Below, one piece after another: positions 9,442 to 19,456 of a stretch of 64,000 nucleotides of DNA. The translations under genes and the position numbers were made by a program. Source of the stretch: an uncultured virus (IMG/VR IMGVR_UViG_3300034157_000062) (lineage: Duplodnaviria > Heunggongvirae > Uroviricota > Caudoviricetes); the IMG/VR virus record IMGVR_UViG_3300034157_000062. The stretch is one strand, 5' to 3'. Under the pieces are notes generated by a model. The model worked only from the letters and a program-made list of their open reading frames with translations, did no database searches and was not told the origin of the DNA. Positions within the stretch are counted from its first letter, which is position 1. The number at the start of each line of letters is the position of its first letter.

Positions 9442-10272
9442 TCATATTTCTGACATTTCAGCAATTGTTAAATAATCTAGCTTCTCATCTATTGATAATT
9501 TTGATATTACCTTTGATTCCAAACCAAGTTCTTTTTTGAGCACCTTATTTATTCTATTTTGTAGTAATATATCCAACTCAACATAACGAGTCTTAATTTT
9601 TTGCTCTGAATCTTCGTCATTATCAGGATGTATATCTACAATTGTTCTTATGCTGACGTTAGGTGATATTGGAAACTCGATTATCGCTAATGGGTGTAAC
9701 TTGCTATTTATTAACATCATGTCGTAATGAACAGTAAGGTTTTTACCTTTTAATTTTTTTCGTGAACCCGGAGTCTTGTGAAGATCAGTTTTATAAAAGT
9801 TAGAAAACTGTATATTCGAAACGGTTCGAGAAGCAGATGTCGCCATTCTCTCACCATTTGACATGATAGAGCGTGTGGTAAGACCGTCTTCTATCTTAAA
9901 GTTTTTGATAGGTTTCATTGATTTAAATAGTTTATAACGTTCGCCTAATTTATAAAACTCTTTAATTGTTTTAATGATAAGATCATAATTATAACGATTA
10001 GCATCCAATAATTCGGATATCATCTGGTCGTTCATATTGATAAAGCCAACTGTGCATTCACAATCAACGTTTTTTAGATCAAATCTAAATCTGTTACTGA
10101 ACCCACAAAATATTTTGCTCACATTGTTAGACGTATTCATGTTATTTAGAAAACTAGCAACAATCGTAGAGGTAAACCATCGTTCATCATCACTAAAAAC
10201 AAGGTCAATAGTTTCTACAGTTTTAAAAGTATCTGAATAGGCGGTTAAAAATAGATCTTTATGCTCTGTCAT
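9442..10272 (-). CDS. Family B paralog; C-terminal EMxxI tag
   Basis: YNYD, LHP, DIHP; ends KLDYLTIAEMSEI; GGAG-led ATG at 10272. Confidence 0.8.
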   Translation of the reverse strand: MTEHKDLFLTAYSDTFKTVETIDLVFSDDERWFTSTIVASFLNNMNTSNNVSKIFCGFSNRFRFDLKNVDCECTVGFINMNDQMISELLDANRYNYDLIIKTIKEFYKLGERYKLFKSMKPIKNFKIEDGLTTRSIMSNGERMATSASRTVSNIQFSNFYKTDLHKTPGSRKKLKGKNLTVHYDMMLINSKLHPLAIIEFPISPNVSIRTIVDIHPDNDEDSEQKIKTRYVELDILLQNRINKVLKKELGLESKVISKLSIDEKLDYLTIAEMSEI

Positions 10273-10343
10273 TCTTATCTCCATAATCTACTAATTATAT
10301 CAAATTTCAGCTACTTAATCAATAATTACGTGTATTTTTTGAA

Positions 10344-11141
10344 TTAGATTTTGTTCATTTCAAGTACAGGGATATAACTTATTTTATCGTTTAATGACAT
10401 GTTAACGATTTCATCTTTTTTAATTTTAAGACTTCTATTTAATAAACCATCTAAGTGTTGCTCAAATTTTATAGTAACTTCATTTTTCAATTCTTCTAGA
10501 ACTTTTAATTGATTTTCTTTTTGAGATGGGTGTAGATTTATAGTTGTCATAAAATTATATGATGCACAATATGGAACAAATAAATACATTATTGGATGAA
10601 GTTCATTATCTTCGTTTATAAGAAATTGAATATTGTAATATATGAATTTGTTTAATGTTTTAATGCTTGAACCTTTTTCTTTTAAAAATGTTGATAGTTT
10701 TACCTTTGCTATATTTTTTAGACTTGTATAACGTTCATCACCGTTATTGGTAAAAGCTTCACTGATTTTAATGTTTTTTATTGTTGATATCTCTTGATAG
10801 AATTCAAAACGTTTACCAATATTAAAAATTTCTTTGATAATCTCATTAACTAACAAGTAGTTATAATTTTGAGCATCAATCATTTCATCGAAATATCTAT
10901 CTGGCATATTGGTGAACCTAATATCACAGGTATCCGTATATTCTATATTGTGAACTTTTACAGCATTTTGAGAAAAGGTTAAAGTTGTATAGTAGTTAGA
11001 TATAGTCTTATTTGGATTATTGTAAATACCGATAATTTGAGAAAGTGATTCATTGTTTTTTTGCACAATTTTAGTATCAATTGCTTTATCTTTTAAAAAG
11101 TTATTAAAAACTATTAAATATTGATCAGCTTTACTACTCAT
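10344..11141 (-). CDS. Family B paralog; C-terminal EMxxI tag
   Basis: NYNY, ELHP, INLHPS; ends KISYIPVLEMNKI. Confidence 0.8.
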   Translation of the reverse strand: MSSKADQYLIVFNNFLKDKAIDTKIVQKNNESLSQIIGIYNNPNKTISNYYTTLTFSQNAVKVHNIEYTDTCDIRFTNMPDRYFDEMIDAQNYNYLLVNEIIKEIFNIGKRFEFYQEISTIKNIKISEAFTNNGDERYTSLKNIAKVKLSTFLKEKGSSIKTLNKFIYYNIQFLINEDNELHPIMYLFVPYCASYNFMTTINLHPSQKENQLKVLEELKNEVTIKFEQHLDGLLNRSLKIKKDEIVNMSLNDKISYIPVLEMNKI

Positions 11142-11168
11142 ATATTTCACCTTTTATCCATTTAAATA

Positions 11169-11945
11169 TTATATTTTTGACATTTCTATAACAGGTATGT
11201 AATTTAATTTTTCATCTAATGCCATTTGAGATACATCAATATCGTCTACATTTAAATGACGATGAATATTGCTATCCAGTTGTTTTTCTAAAATATCTCT
11301 AAATTTTTCTTTTTCAATAACCATTTGATTAATTTGATCAGCCTTTTTTGAAGGATGCAAATTGATAGTAACTTTTACAAATGTTCTGTTAGCATATGGA
11401 AATTTCAATTCTATGATGGGATGAATTTCATTACTTTCTTTATTTTCCATCTTGAAATTAACATTAGAGATGATTTGTTCTACTGAACAATAGTCATTAT
11501 CAAACATGGCATCTGGTGTTATGTTCGCTATATTAACTGCCTTTTTTATAGACAATTCAAAAAAACTAGATACTTTTATTTTTTTATTTATTTTCATTTT
11601 TTTATAAATCTTAAAATCTTGTCCTATTTTAAAAAAATCATTAACAACTTCATATATTAAATCATAACTATAATCTGACTGATCTAGTATTTCTGTTATT
11701 TTATCTTGCATTATCCGTGAAAAATTTAAGGTACAATCACAGTTATAAGTAGTAGAAGCTATTTTAACACCTGTTCGATAGTTTTGAAAAATGCATTCAA
11801 TATATCCATTATACACATCTAGATTATGATCTATTCCAAATGAATTTTTAATAACATACACATCACCATCTTGTTCAGTGGTATTGTTTGGATTAATAAA
11901 ATTACCAAACATTTCATTGTAAGCATTTAAGTAATTGTTAGTCAT
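11169..11945 (-). CDS. Family B paralog; C-terminal EMxxI tag
   Basis: DYSYD, EIHP, INLHPS; ends KLNYIPVIEMSKI. Confidence 0.8.
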   Translation of the reverse strand: MTNNYLNAYNEMFGNFINPNNTTEQDGDVYVIKNSFGIDHNLDVYNGYIECIFQNYRTGVKIASTTYNCDCTLNFSRIMQDKITEILDQSDYSYDLIYEVVNDFFKIGQDFKIYKKMKINKKIKVSSFFELSIKKAVNIANITPDAMFDNDYCSVEQIISNVNFKMENKESNEIHPIIELKFPYANRTFVKVTINLHPSKKADQINQMVIEKEKFRDILEKQLDSNIHRHLNVDDIDVSQMALDEKLNYIPVIEMSKI

Positions 11946-12006
11946 CTTCACTCCTGATATATGTTTCAAATTTTTTTTGTTATATATTAAAATAAATATT
12001 TCAATT

Positions 12007-12783
12007 CTATATTCTTGCCATTTCTATAACAGGAATATAATTTAATTTTTCTTGCGTTGTCATTGTTATTAAATCTTCTTTTTTTAATTTAAGTTTTCTT
12101 TTTAAAACAGTATTAAGTTGTTCTTCCAATTCAGCAGTAAAATCTTTCTTTATTTGAATTAAATTTTTTATTTGTAATTCTCGCTGTGATGGATGCAAGT
12201 TAATAAAGCAAATAAAGTCGGCAGTTGAAGAGTAAGGGAAAAACAATGTAATGATTGGAAAGATTTCATTATTTTCAGACAAATAAAAATTTAAGTGTTG
12301 TTTCGATATCTTTTTCAAAGGATTATCATCTGTATATTTATCTGTTAAAAACCCTGATAATGTTAATTTTGTCAAGTTTTTAGAGCTGTTTCCTCTAGGA
12401 TAGCCGTTCTTCATGAAAGAGTCTTCTAATCTATTATTTTTAATAGGTGTCATACCTTTATAAAAATTATATGATTTACCTATTTTAAAGAGTTCATTGA
12501 TGGTTTTATCAATTAGGTCGTAATTATAGTTTTTAGCGTCAAATAGTTCTTTAACAGGTTGTTTAGATAAATTTTTAAAAGAAATATTACAAGTACAACT
12601 ATAAGGCTTTGACATAATATTAACATTGACTTTATGAAATCTACAAGACACAAATAGGCTCATTATATCGTAACCATAAATGGTTTTTGTTTCTGTCTTA
12701 TCAATATGATCTTCAGTAGAAAAAGGTTTTTGTCCAAAGAAATCATTAAATATTTCTACATAATTTGGTTCTTTATTGTTCAT
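12007..12783 (-). CDS. Family B paralog; C-terminal EMxxI tag (TAG stop)
   Basis: NYNYD, EIFP, INLHPS; ends KLNYIPVIEMARI-TAG. Confidence 0.8.
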   Translation of the reverse strand: MNNKEPNYVEIFNDFFGQKPFSTEDHIDKTETKTIYGYDIMSLFVSCRFHKVNVNIMSKPYSCTCNISFKNLSKQPVKELFDAKNYNYDLIDKTINELFKIGKSYNFYKGMTPIKNNRLEDSFMKNGYPRGNSSKNLTKLTLSGFLTDKYTDDNPLKKISKQHLNFYLSENNEIFPIITLFFPYSSTADFICFINLHPSQRELQIKNLIQIKKDFTAELEEQLNTVLKRKLKLKKEDLITMTTQEKLNYIPVIEMARI

Positions 12784-12811
12784 TTTTTACACCTTCTTAA
12801 TGTCGTTAAAT

Positions 12812-13600
12812 TTAAATTCTAGCCATCTGGACAACGGGAAGATAATTCTTTTTCTCTTCTAGCGTCATCTTAGACAATTCATTTTTCTTAATTTTTAAAA
12901 ATTTTGTTAGAACAAAATCTAAATGTGTAATCAGCAAACTTTCAAATTCTTTCAAAATAACAGGAATATGCTTAATTTGTTCATCTCTTTTGGATGGATG
13001 AAGATTAATTGACATTCTAGTAAATTTTGAGACTGAATAGGGGATTGCTAAGTTTAATACAGGATGAATTTCATTATCATCCGATATCATAAAAGCCAGA
13101 TGAACGATTGCAGTTTTCTTTGTCGGCTTCCCACTGGCGTTTTTGTCGGCTAATACTGTTGAAAGTGCTAACTTTGTCACTGTAGGGACAAATACGGCCT
13201 TTTGTATTCCATTCTTATTGAAGTTATTTTCCAACTTAATATTTTGAATAGGTGACATTTCAGTATAGAAGCTAAAATCTTTACCTAATTTAAATAGCTC
13301 ATTGATGATTTGTTCAACTACATCATAATTATAATCGTTGTCTCTAAAAAGGTAGGCGACATCACCCTCACTCATATTCGTTAAATGAAAGCTACAATCA
13401 TTCTTATAGATAGTGTCTGCGATAGTGACAGGAAATGCACACTTTTTAAAATGACAACGAAGTATTTTATTATCAAAAGGTGAATTGTTCATGACATTGT
13501 AATCACCACGTTCATTTCTTATAGTAGTGTATTCAGGTCTAATAGACTTTCCAAAAAAATCACTGAAAGCTTCAATGTGTTTTAGTTCTTGTTCTTTCAT
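12812..13600 (-). CDS. Family B paralog; C-terminal QMxxI tag
   Basis: DYNYD, EIHP, INLHPS; ends KKNYLPVVQMARI. Confidence 0.8.
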   Translation of the reverse strand: MKEQELKHIEAFSDFFGKSIRPEYTTIRNERGDYNVMNNSPFDNKILRCHFKKCAFPVTIADTIYKNDCSFHLTNMSEGDVAYLFRDNDYNYDVVEQIINELFKLGKDFSFYTEMSPIQNIKLENNFNKNGIQKAVFVPTVTKLALSTVLADKNASGKPTKKTAIVHLAFMISDDNEIHPVLNLAIPYSVSKFTRMSINLHPSKRDEQIKHIPVILKEFESLLITHLDFVLTKFLKIKKNELSKMTLEEKKNYLPVVQMARI

Positions 13601-13612
13601 TGTAGTTATTCC

Positions 13613-14188
13613 TTAAATTTTAATCATGTGGAACAGTTCCAACTCTTCTTTTGAATACTTATTTAGTGGCTTTTCCAAAAAGAATTGAAACAGTTGCTGA
13701 TAAAAATCTTCATAAATTTTATCAACAGCAATATTTATTTTTGTCAACTGACTTGGATACAAATAAAACGAGAAGGAAGCCGCAATAGTTTGTACTTTTA
13801 TCGTTGGAACTGCATACAATTTTTTAGAACGCTTGTTGTAATAAAAATAAGGTTCTTCTAGGTAAATACGCACATTTCTATCATTTTTTATAAGGGATTC
13901 ATATTTTTTAAAGAAAGCCATGTTTTCTTCATAGACTTCAATAATTTTATCGTATACCTCTTTATTTGACGCTTCAAAAATTTTATCATAGTTTTCTGGT
14001 GATTCTCTTTTTCTGATAGAAGCTATGTTCCCGTTACTTAAATTTGCAAAAGGATAGGGATAAGAACCATCGTTAGCTTCATCACTGTAAAGCCAAATCT
14101 CTGAATCTGTTTTGTTGTCAGGTTCAGGTATTCTGACTTCTTTTTTATCTTTGTTAATAATCTCTAAAATTTTTTCTTCAAGTGTCAT
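13613..14188 (-). CDS. Hypothetical protein with C-terminal MxxI tag
   Basis: GAGG SD; ends YSKEELELFHMIKI. Confidence 0.7.
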   Translation of the reverse strand: MTLEEKILEIINKDKKEVRIPEPDNKTDSEIWLYSDEANDGSYPYPFANLSNGNIASIRKRESPENYDKIFEASNKEVYDKIIEVYEENMAFFKKYESLIKNDRNVRIYLEEPYFYYNKRSKKLYAVPTIKVQTIAASFSFYLYPSQLTKINIAVDKIYEDFYQQLFQFFLEKPLNKYSKEELELFHMIKI

Positions 14189-14253
14189 CGCCAGATACCT
14201 CTATATAAGTGAGTGCAAGTATACATTAAAAGATTGTTTTTATCAAGTTTTTG

Positions 14254-14445
14254 TTGACTTTTTTTTATATTTTATCTATACTTGGTTGAATGCTTTATTG
14301 AGAGCGTGCTAAATAGGCTAGATGGCGAAACCGAACTGGTATCAATGATTAAACTTTAATTAATCAAACACCCAACTTAATTGATCCTTAAAATAAGTTG
14401 ATTCCTATTTATCGAATTATAAAACTATTTTAATGGAGAGTAATT
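14254..14445 (+). promoter_or_regulatory. sigma70 promoter plus long structured 5' leader
   Basis: TTGACT-17-TATACT (14254-14282). The ~155-nt leader has a closing helix TAAATAGG/CCTATTTA and internal stems TGATTAA/TTAATCA and CAACTTA/TAAGTTG. Confidence 0.55.
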
Positions 14446-15447
14446 ATGTCAAACATTAGTATCAATTCGAAAAATTTTAACCGTTACACCAAAAGACTAC
14501 AAAAAAATGCAGAAAAATATGGTCTAAAAATGACACTAGCACAAGCTCAGGAACTGTTTTCTGAAACATTGGGTGCTGCTAACTATTTTGAAATGCAAAC
14601 AATCCTTGAAAAAGAATCAACATTGCCAGTCAGTTCATTGAATGATCCGTTGTTAGTTGCTGACAAGATGTTGCCATTAACACGACCATCACATGAGTGG
14701 GAAGATGGAACTGTTCTCTATCGAACACTCGATGGAAACTTAATTCCATACACACCATTGGAAACTGTTCAAAAATCCAGAGAGGCTGTATTTATTCAAA
14801 AATACAAAGAAATCATTAATAATGAAACCGCTATTGCGAAGTCTTGCATCTATGTAGATTTTGGTAATATGATTATTGATATTATAGGTTGGAATGAAGG
14901 GCAATGTTACTCAATTTATTTTGGGAGTGAGCACATTGAAAACTTGGATGACTTTAAACAATTAGGAATCCCGCTTGAAACATCACAAAAGTTGGTTAAA
15001 TTGTTCAATGAGTATAATCCAGTCGAAAAATACGCTGGTTTGTTATTTGGTTCTAATGTTCGTAAACTAATGCAGGAAGAATCTGGTGGTCATGATAATG
15101 TTTATTTCAAAAATAAGTTGTTTACTTATGAAAAAATGATTAATGGTTCTGTTTATTCAAAACGCTATATGGTTGTCACTGATCAAGGTTTCAAATCTAT
15201 TGTAAAGAAACTCCATCCGTCAGGCGAATACTGCATTATGCGTAGTGAACGATATCCCGGTTTCTGCGAGGCTGATAAAGAAATAGCATTAGAACAAATA
15301 AAGAAAAATGATTCTATCGTTATTGAATATTACTCAGAGACTGGCGTAGACCTTCCAAAGTGTTTACTTACACGTTTTTGGACATCTATTGATGGCGTAA
15401 TACAAGAATATAAACCAGAAGATTATAAGCTTGATTTGCATAGTTAA
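14446..15447 (+). CDS. Hypothetical protein with N-terminal small helical domain (glyoxalase-superfamily-like KRL...LAQAQEL)
   Basis: N-terminus FNRYTKRLQK...MTLAQAQELFSETLGAANY; GGAG SD. Confidence 0.65.
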   Translation: MSNISINSKNFNRYTKRLQKNAEKYGLKMTLAQAQELFSETLGAANYFEMQTILEKESTLPVSSLNDPLLVADKMLPLTRPSHEWEDGTVLYRTLDGNLIPYTPLETVQKSREAVFIQKYKEIINNETAIAKSCIYVDFGNMIIDIIGWNEGQCYSIYFGSEHIENLDDFKQLGIPLETSQKLVKLFNEYNPVEKYAGLLFGSNVRKLMQEESGGHDNVYFKNKLFTYEKMINGSVYSKRYMVVTDQGFKSIVKKLHPSGEYCIMRSERYPGFCEADKEIALEQIKKNDSIVIEYYSETGVDLPKCLLTRFWTSIDGVIQEYKPEDYKLDLHS

Positions 15448-15562
15448 TTGAGTTATTTCAACTCTATTTGTAAGAGATAGACCATATATCCAACTAAGAC
15501 AACCTTCAGGTTGTTTTATTTTACTTTCCGGTTATGATAAGAACAATAATAATAAGAATAAT

Positions 15563-16336
15563 ATGACTAATTTAAAAAAAGTATGCTATATTACAGGATT
15601 AATACTAATTTTTTCGAAATCTTTTGCAAGCTTTAGTGTTAGTTATCCATTAGGTGATAATATAACATTTAAAAATGTAACTTGGAATGAAATAGAACCA
15701 TTATATACAGCTTGGTCAAATGTTGGTGAATTAACAAACTGTGCAAATTTTAGACCATTGGCTTCGACTGTTGATTTAGGTTCAGTTTTTTTTCAAACGC
15801 TTGATTGTCAGCAAGAACAGGTTAGATCACGACAAAATAGAGAGCAAGAAAATGGCTCATTAGTTATTAGAAATATTGGATCACCAATAAAAGAAGAAAA
15901 AAATATCACTATTTCAACTACATTAGAATCTATTGGGACAAAGGAAAATTGGGTAACCACTGGTCCATTATATGGTGATTTTGTTAATATCAAGAGATTA
16001 TACAATTGCACTAACTGGTTACCACAACCACCTGTGGGTGCTGAGACATCTTTATTCAGTCAAAGCTCTACAAATTGTATGACTGACGTATCACAATCTG
16101 TTCAAGATAGAGAACAAGAAACTCATACATTAGAATATAGAAATATAGGCGACCCTTACACTATTTATAAGACATTAACAAACCAAACAGTAACTAGAAG
16201 ATATTTTATAGATGTTGGGCCTTGGGTTCCAGCAGGCGGTGGTAATTTGTTTAGAGCACGTTTTGAAGGTTATGATGATCATCTAACTAATGAAAGAATT
16301 TATCTTATTATCACTAATGATTACAAACCAATGTAA
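15563..16336 (+). CDS. Secreted Cys-containing repeat protein
   Basis: Signal peptide ending SFA; two repeats PLYxxxxNxxxLxNCxNxxP...Q...C...Q(N/D)REQE...RNIGxP. Confidence 0.7.
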   Translation: MTNLKKVCYITGLILIFSKSFASFSVSYPLGDNITFKNVTWNEIEPLYTAWSNVGELTNCANFRPLASTVDLGSVFFQTLDCQQEQVRSRQNREQENGSLVIRNIGSPIKEEKNITISTTLESIGTKENWVTTGPLYGDFVNIKRLYNCTNWLPQPPVGAETSLFSQSSTNCMTDVSQSVQDREQETHTLEYRNIGDPYTIYKTLTNQTVTRRYFIDVGPWVPAGGGNLFRARFEGYDDHLTNERIYLIITNDYKPM

Positions 16337-16367
16337 TATTAAAATTGTTTTTTAAAAATTTGGTGAT

Positions 16368-16907
16368 ATGATAACATCAACTAAACCATCGAGAAAAATT
16401 ATGAAAACGCTCACTTATTTTTTGGAAGACAGTTTAAACTTGGATAACATCCTTATCGCCATCAATTCAGACAATCAAGTTGTTTTTGTAAGTCTTGATA
16501 ATACAAAAGAAGACAACATTTATAATCTAAAAAAAGAGTATCCTAATTTCAAAATAGAAGAAGGTATTCTTAATGATAATATCAGAGAGATATTTAACCA
16601 TGTTAAAAATCCAGTTGTTCCCCATTCAGTTCAAATACATATGGATGGTTCAGACTTCCAAATGAACGTATGGAAAGCTATTATGAAAATCCCTACTGGT
16701 AAAACAGCTAGTTACACTGAGATAGCCGAAACAATTGGTAAACCACAATCAGTTAGAGCGGTGGCAACAGCCTGCAGCAAGAATAAAATAGCGGTATTAG
16801 TGCCTTGTCATAGAGTAGTCAGCAAAAGTGATAAGAATACTGGATATAGATGGGATGTGTTTAGGAAGAAGAGATTATTAGATATTGAAAAGGAAAAGCA
16901 ATTCTGA
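16368..16907 (+). CDS. ogt: O6-methylguanine-DNA methyltransferase (start may be the ATG at 16401)
   Basis: GSDFQxxVW, IPxGKTASY, VRAVA, active-site PCHRV. Confidence 0.92.
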   Translation: MITSTKPSRKIMKTLTYFLEDSLNLDNILIAINSDNQVVFVSLDNTKEDNIYNLKKEYPNFKIEEGILNDNIREIFNHVKNPVVPHSVQIHMDGSDFQMNVWKAIMKIPTGKTASYTEIAETIGKPQSVRAVATACSKNKIAVLVPCHRVVSKSDKNTGYRWDVFRKKRLLDIEKEKQF

Positions 16908-16926
16908 GCATTACAACAGCGGGATT

Positions 16927-17124
16927 TTAGAGAGTAACAGATCGTGAGGCTTCCGAAGAATCTTTTCTCAAAGAAGCCTTATTGAATGAATTTTTACCTT
17001 CACCACGTTTTGATTTAGCTTTTTTGTCTTCTACAATGCGTAGACCACAGTTGCCGTTTTCGTGCATATACTTAGCCACAAAATTTCTTGACTCTTGAGG
17101 CTGTTGACTCTTTTTCTTTTTCAT
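16927..17124 (-). CDS. arfA: ArfA-like alternative ribosome rescue factor
   Basis: 65 aa, basic; GEGKNSF resembles the ArfA KGKGSY motif and is followed by ...SEAS; hairpin inside the 3' coding region (16947-16979); AGGAG SD. Confidence 0.6.
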   Translation of the reverse strand: MKKKKSQQPQESRNFVAKYMHENGNCGLRIVEDKKAKSKRGEGKNSFNKASLRKDSSEASRSVTL

Positions 17125-17258
17125 TTCAGTACTCTCCTAGTTATTTCCCTATAATATCATAGTATTTTAGTAAAATAAAGACTTTTTTCGAAATTTTATA
17201 TAAAAAAAATGTTGCTAAAAACTACGTCTATGTATATACTGTTTTTTCTAAAAAAGGT

Positions 17259-17990
17259 TTGACAATGAATATAAAATCATTTTTTCAATCGTTCTACATA
17301 AAAAACTATTATACTCTTAGTATGTTGATTAGTACAATATTTATTACACTTGGATTATTTATTCCAAAGACAGTGAGTGATTTTCAAAATAATGAATTAT
17401 TTTTTAAATTAACAGAATATTTTTTTATTATTATTTTTAGTATTATATTTATTTTTAGCCTATTCATGTATATAAAAAGCTTTTTTATACATTTATTTGT
17501 TGTTCGAAATAGTAAAGATACTGCAAAATTTCAAAAAATCCTTTTTTTTGCAATTGTTTTTTTAAAACTATATCTTTATGCTAATATATTTAAACTCAAT
17601 AAAAACGATGGTCAAATTTATTCTGATGACTATTTGTATTCGTGTATTTATTTTGTTCATACATTATATATAGCGAGTCTTTTATTATTTATTTCTTTTT
17701 ATATTTATGATTTTACAATATTTTTAAAAAAAGAGTTGGATTCGTGTCATTGGATAGATAAATATCTGGCGTACAACCAGATAAGAAACAAGAAAAACAT
17801 TAAAATAGACGGTAAAATTGTCTCTATTCATTTTAATGGGTTTTCATTGAATGAGTTATCAAATACGCTTACATTCATGAATAATGATTTAAAAATATCT
17901 TCATTTAGAGCGTATATGGATGAAAATAAATATAAATTAAATGATTTAACATATGAAGAAGTATTAATAATAAAAATGATAGGAATTTGA
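17259..17990 (+). CDS. Family C 4-TM membrane protein; C-terminal MxxI tag
   Basis: Four hydrophobic segments; HWI..YL..xQ, FRxY; ends NDLTYEEVLIIKMIGI. Confidence 0.78.
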   Translation: MTMNIKSFFQSFYIKNYYTLSMLISTIFITLGLFIPKTVSDFQNNELFFKLTEYFFIIIFSIIFIFSLFMYIKSFFIHLFVVRNSKDTAKFQKILFFAIVFLKLYLYANIFKLNKNDGQIYSDDYLYSCIYFVHTLYIASLLLFISFYIYDFTIFLKKELDSCHWIDKYLAYNQIRNKKNIKIDGKIVSIHFNGFSLNELSNTLTFMNNDLKISSFRAYMDENKYKLNDLTYEEVLIIKMIGI

Positions 17991-18724
17991 CCATTATGAA
18001 AATGAAATCAATATTACCAGAATTCTACTTTAAGAACTACCATTCTTTTGTATTGTTCAATGCTGCCCTTTTTCTTATTATGGCTTTGCCTTTTCCTGAA
18101 CAAGACGACTGGTCACTCAATGGTATGCGATATTTCTTAGAATTCCCCATTATGTTCATTCTGGCCGCACTTATTATTTGGAACTTATGTTTGTATTCAA
18201 AAAGTTTTATTTCAAAGTCTTATTCTTCAATACAACATAATATGTCGGACTCTTTGACGGTTTATTCAGTGTATGGAGTTGTCCTCTTAAAATCAATGTT
18301 TCATGTCTTGTGCCTTTCTTCTTATGTTAATGAAACCAATGTGATCAAGTTTCCATCGCAAGACTGGATGTTAGGAACCATGTGTTTATTTTATTTTATG
18401 TACATTGTGGCAATAGGCCATTTTGTTTTTCTTTCAATTAAGGGGACTTATATTCGATATATGTCACCTGTGACGAATAACCACTGGATTATGGATTTCT
18501 TAAATCCTAAACAGTTACGCAAAGTTAAGAATGTTTCAGCTAACGGACAAATCGTATCTGTTTATTTTAAAGGATTTCTTCTTGATGAAACGGATAACAG
18601 TGTGATCATTAGAAAACATAAACTTAAATTGAATGCATTTCGAGACTACATAACCATGAATAATTTTAAAGTTGATGATTTAAGTGATGAAGAACTTACA
18701 GTTATCGAAATGTTAGGTATATAG
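17987..18724 (+). CDS. Family C 4-TM membrane protein; C-terminal MxxI tag (TAG stop)
   Basis: HWI, KQ, FRDY; ends DDLSDEELTVIEMLGI-TAG. Confidence 0.78.
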   Translation: MTIMKMKSILPEFYFKNYHSFVLFNAALFLIMALPFPEQDDWSLNGMRYFLEFPIMFILAALIIWNLCLYSKSFISKSYSSIQHNMSDSLTVYSVYGVVLLKSMFHVLCLSSYVNETNVIKFPSQDWMLGTMCLFYFMYIVAIGHFVFLSIKGTYIRYMSPVTNNHWIMDFLNPKQLRKVKNVSANGQIVSVYFKGFLLDETDNSVIIRKHKLKLNAFRDYITMNNFKVDDLSDEELTVIEMLGI

Positions 18725-18740
18725 CAAAGGAGTTTCATAG

Positions 18741-19454
18741 ATGAAAGAACTGTTCACAAAAAAACATTTCAAAGATAATGCTTTGTTTGTTTTATTCGCT
18801 TCTACTTTTATTTTTGGATGTACGTTTTTTTTGATGAATATAAGAAATGTTATTTTTGATAAAGATAGTGCTAATTTTGATCAACCTACCGCTTTTTTTT
18901 ACAGTTACTTATTATTTAATTCTTTAATAGGCATTGTATTTAATTTATTTGTGTTAGTTCGCAATATTTTATCGGGTAGTTCATCCATTATCTCAGGTGG
19001 TGAATTTTATATAAAATTAAGAAAATATTTCCTTATTATAATTTTTTTAAATGTAGTGACTATATTCTACACTTGTGCAAGTGAAAATTTAAATCAAATA
19101 GTCTATATTATTTTATTTGGGATAACTAGCTTGTCAAATATTATATTTTTAGTGCGAACCATTCCTTTTTGTGAATTAGATGGTCTTGCTAAACAAGCTC
19201 ATTCAGTTGACCATTGGGTGTATCCATATCTAAACGATAAGCAATTGAAACAGCTTAGGATCGTCAATGAAACCAATAATCAATTTATGATTGCATTACC
19301 TAATATTGTATTATCCGATGGTGGTAACTGGTTAAGGTATTATGAAAACGAATACAATCTTTCATCATTTAGAAGTTATATTGAAACCAAATCTTGTAAA
19401 TTAAATGATTTAAATAAAGACGATTTTATAATTATATCTATGTTAGGTATATAA
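18741..19454 (+). CDS. Family C 4-TM membrane protein; C-terminal MxxI tag
   Basis: HWV..YL.DKQ, FRSY; ends NDLNKDDFIIISMLGI. Confidence 0.78.
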   Translation: MKELFTKKHFKDNALFVLFASTFIFGCTFFLMNIRNVIFDKDSANFDQPTAFFYSYLLFNSLIGIVFNLFVLVRNILSGSSSIISGGEFYIKLRKYFLIIIFLNVVTIFYTCASENLNQIVYIILFGITSLSNIIFLVRTIPFCELDGLAKQAHSVDHWVYPYLNDKQLKQLRIVNETNNQFMIALPNIVLSDGGNWLRYYENEYNLSSFRSYIETKSCKLNDLNKDDFIIISMLGI

Positions 19455-19456
19455 AA

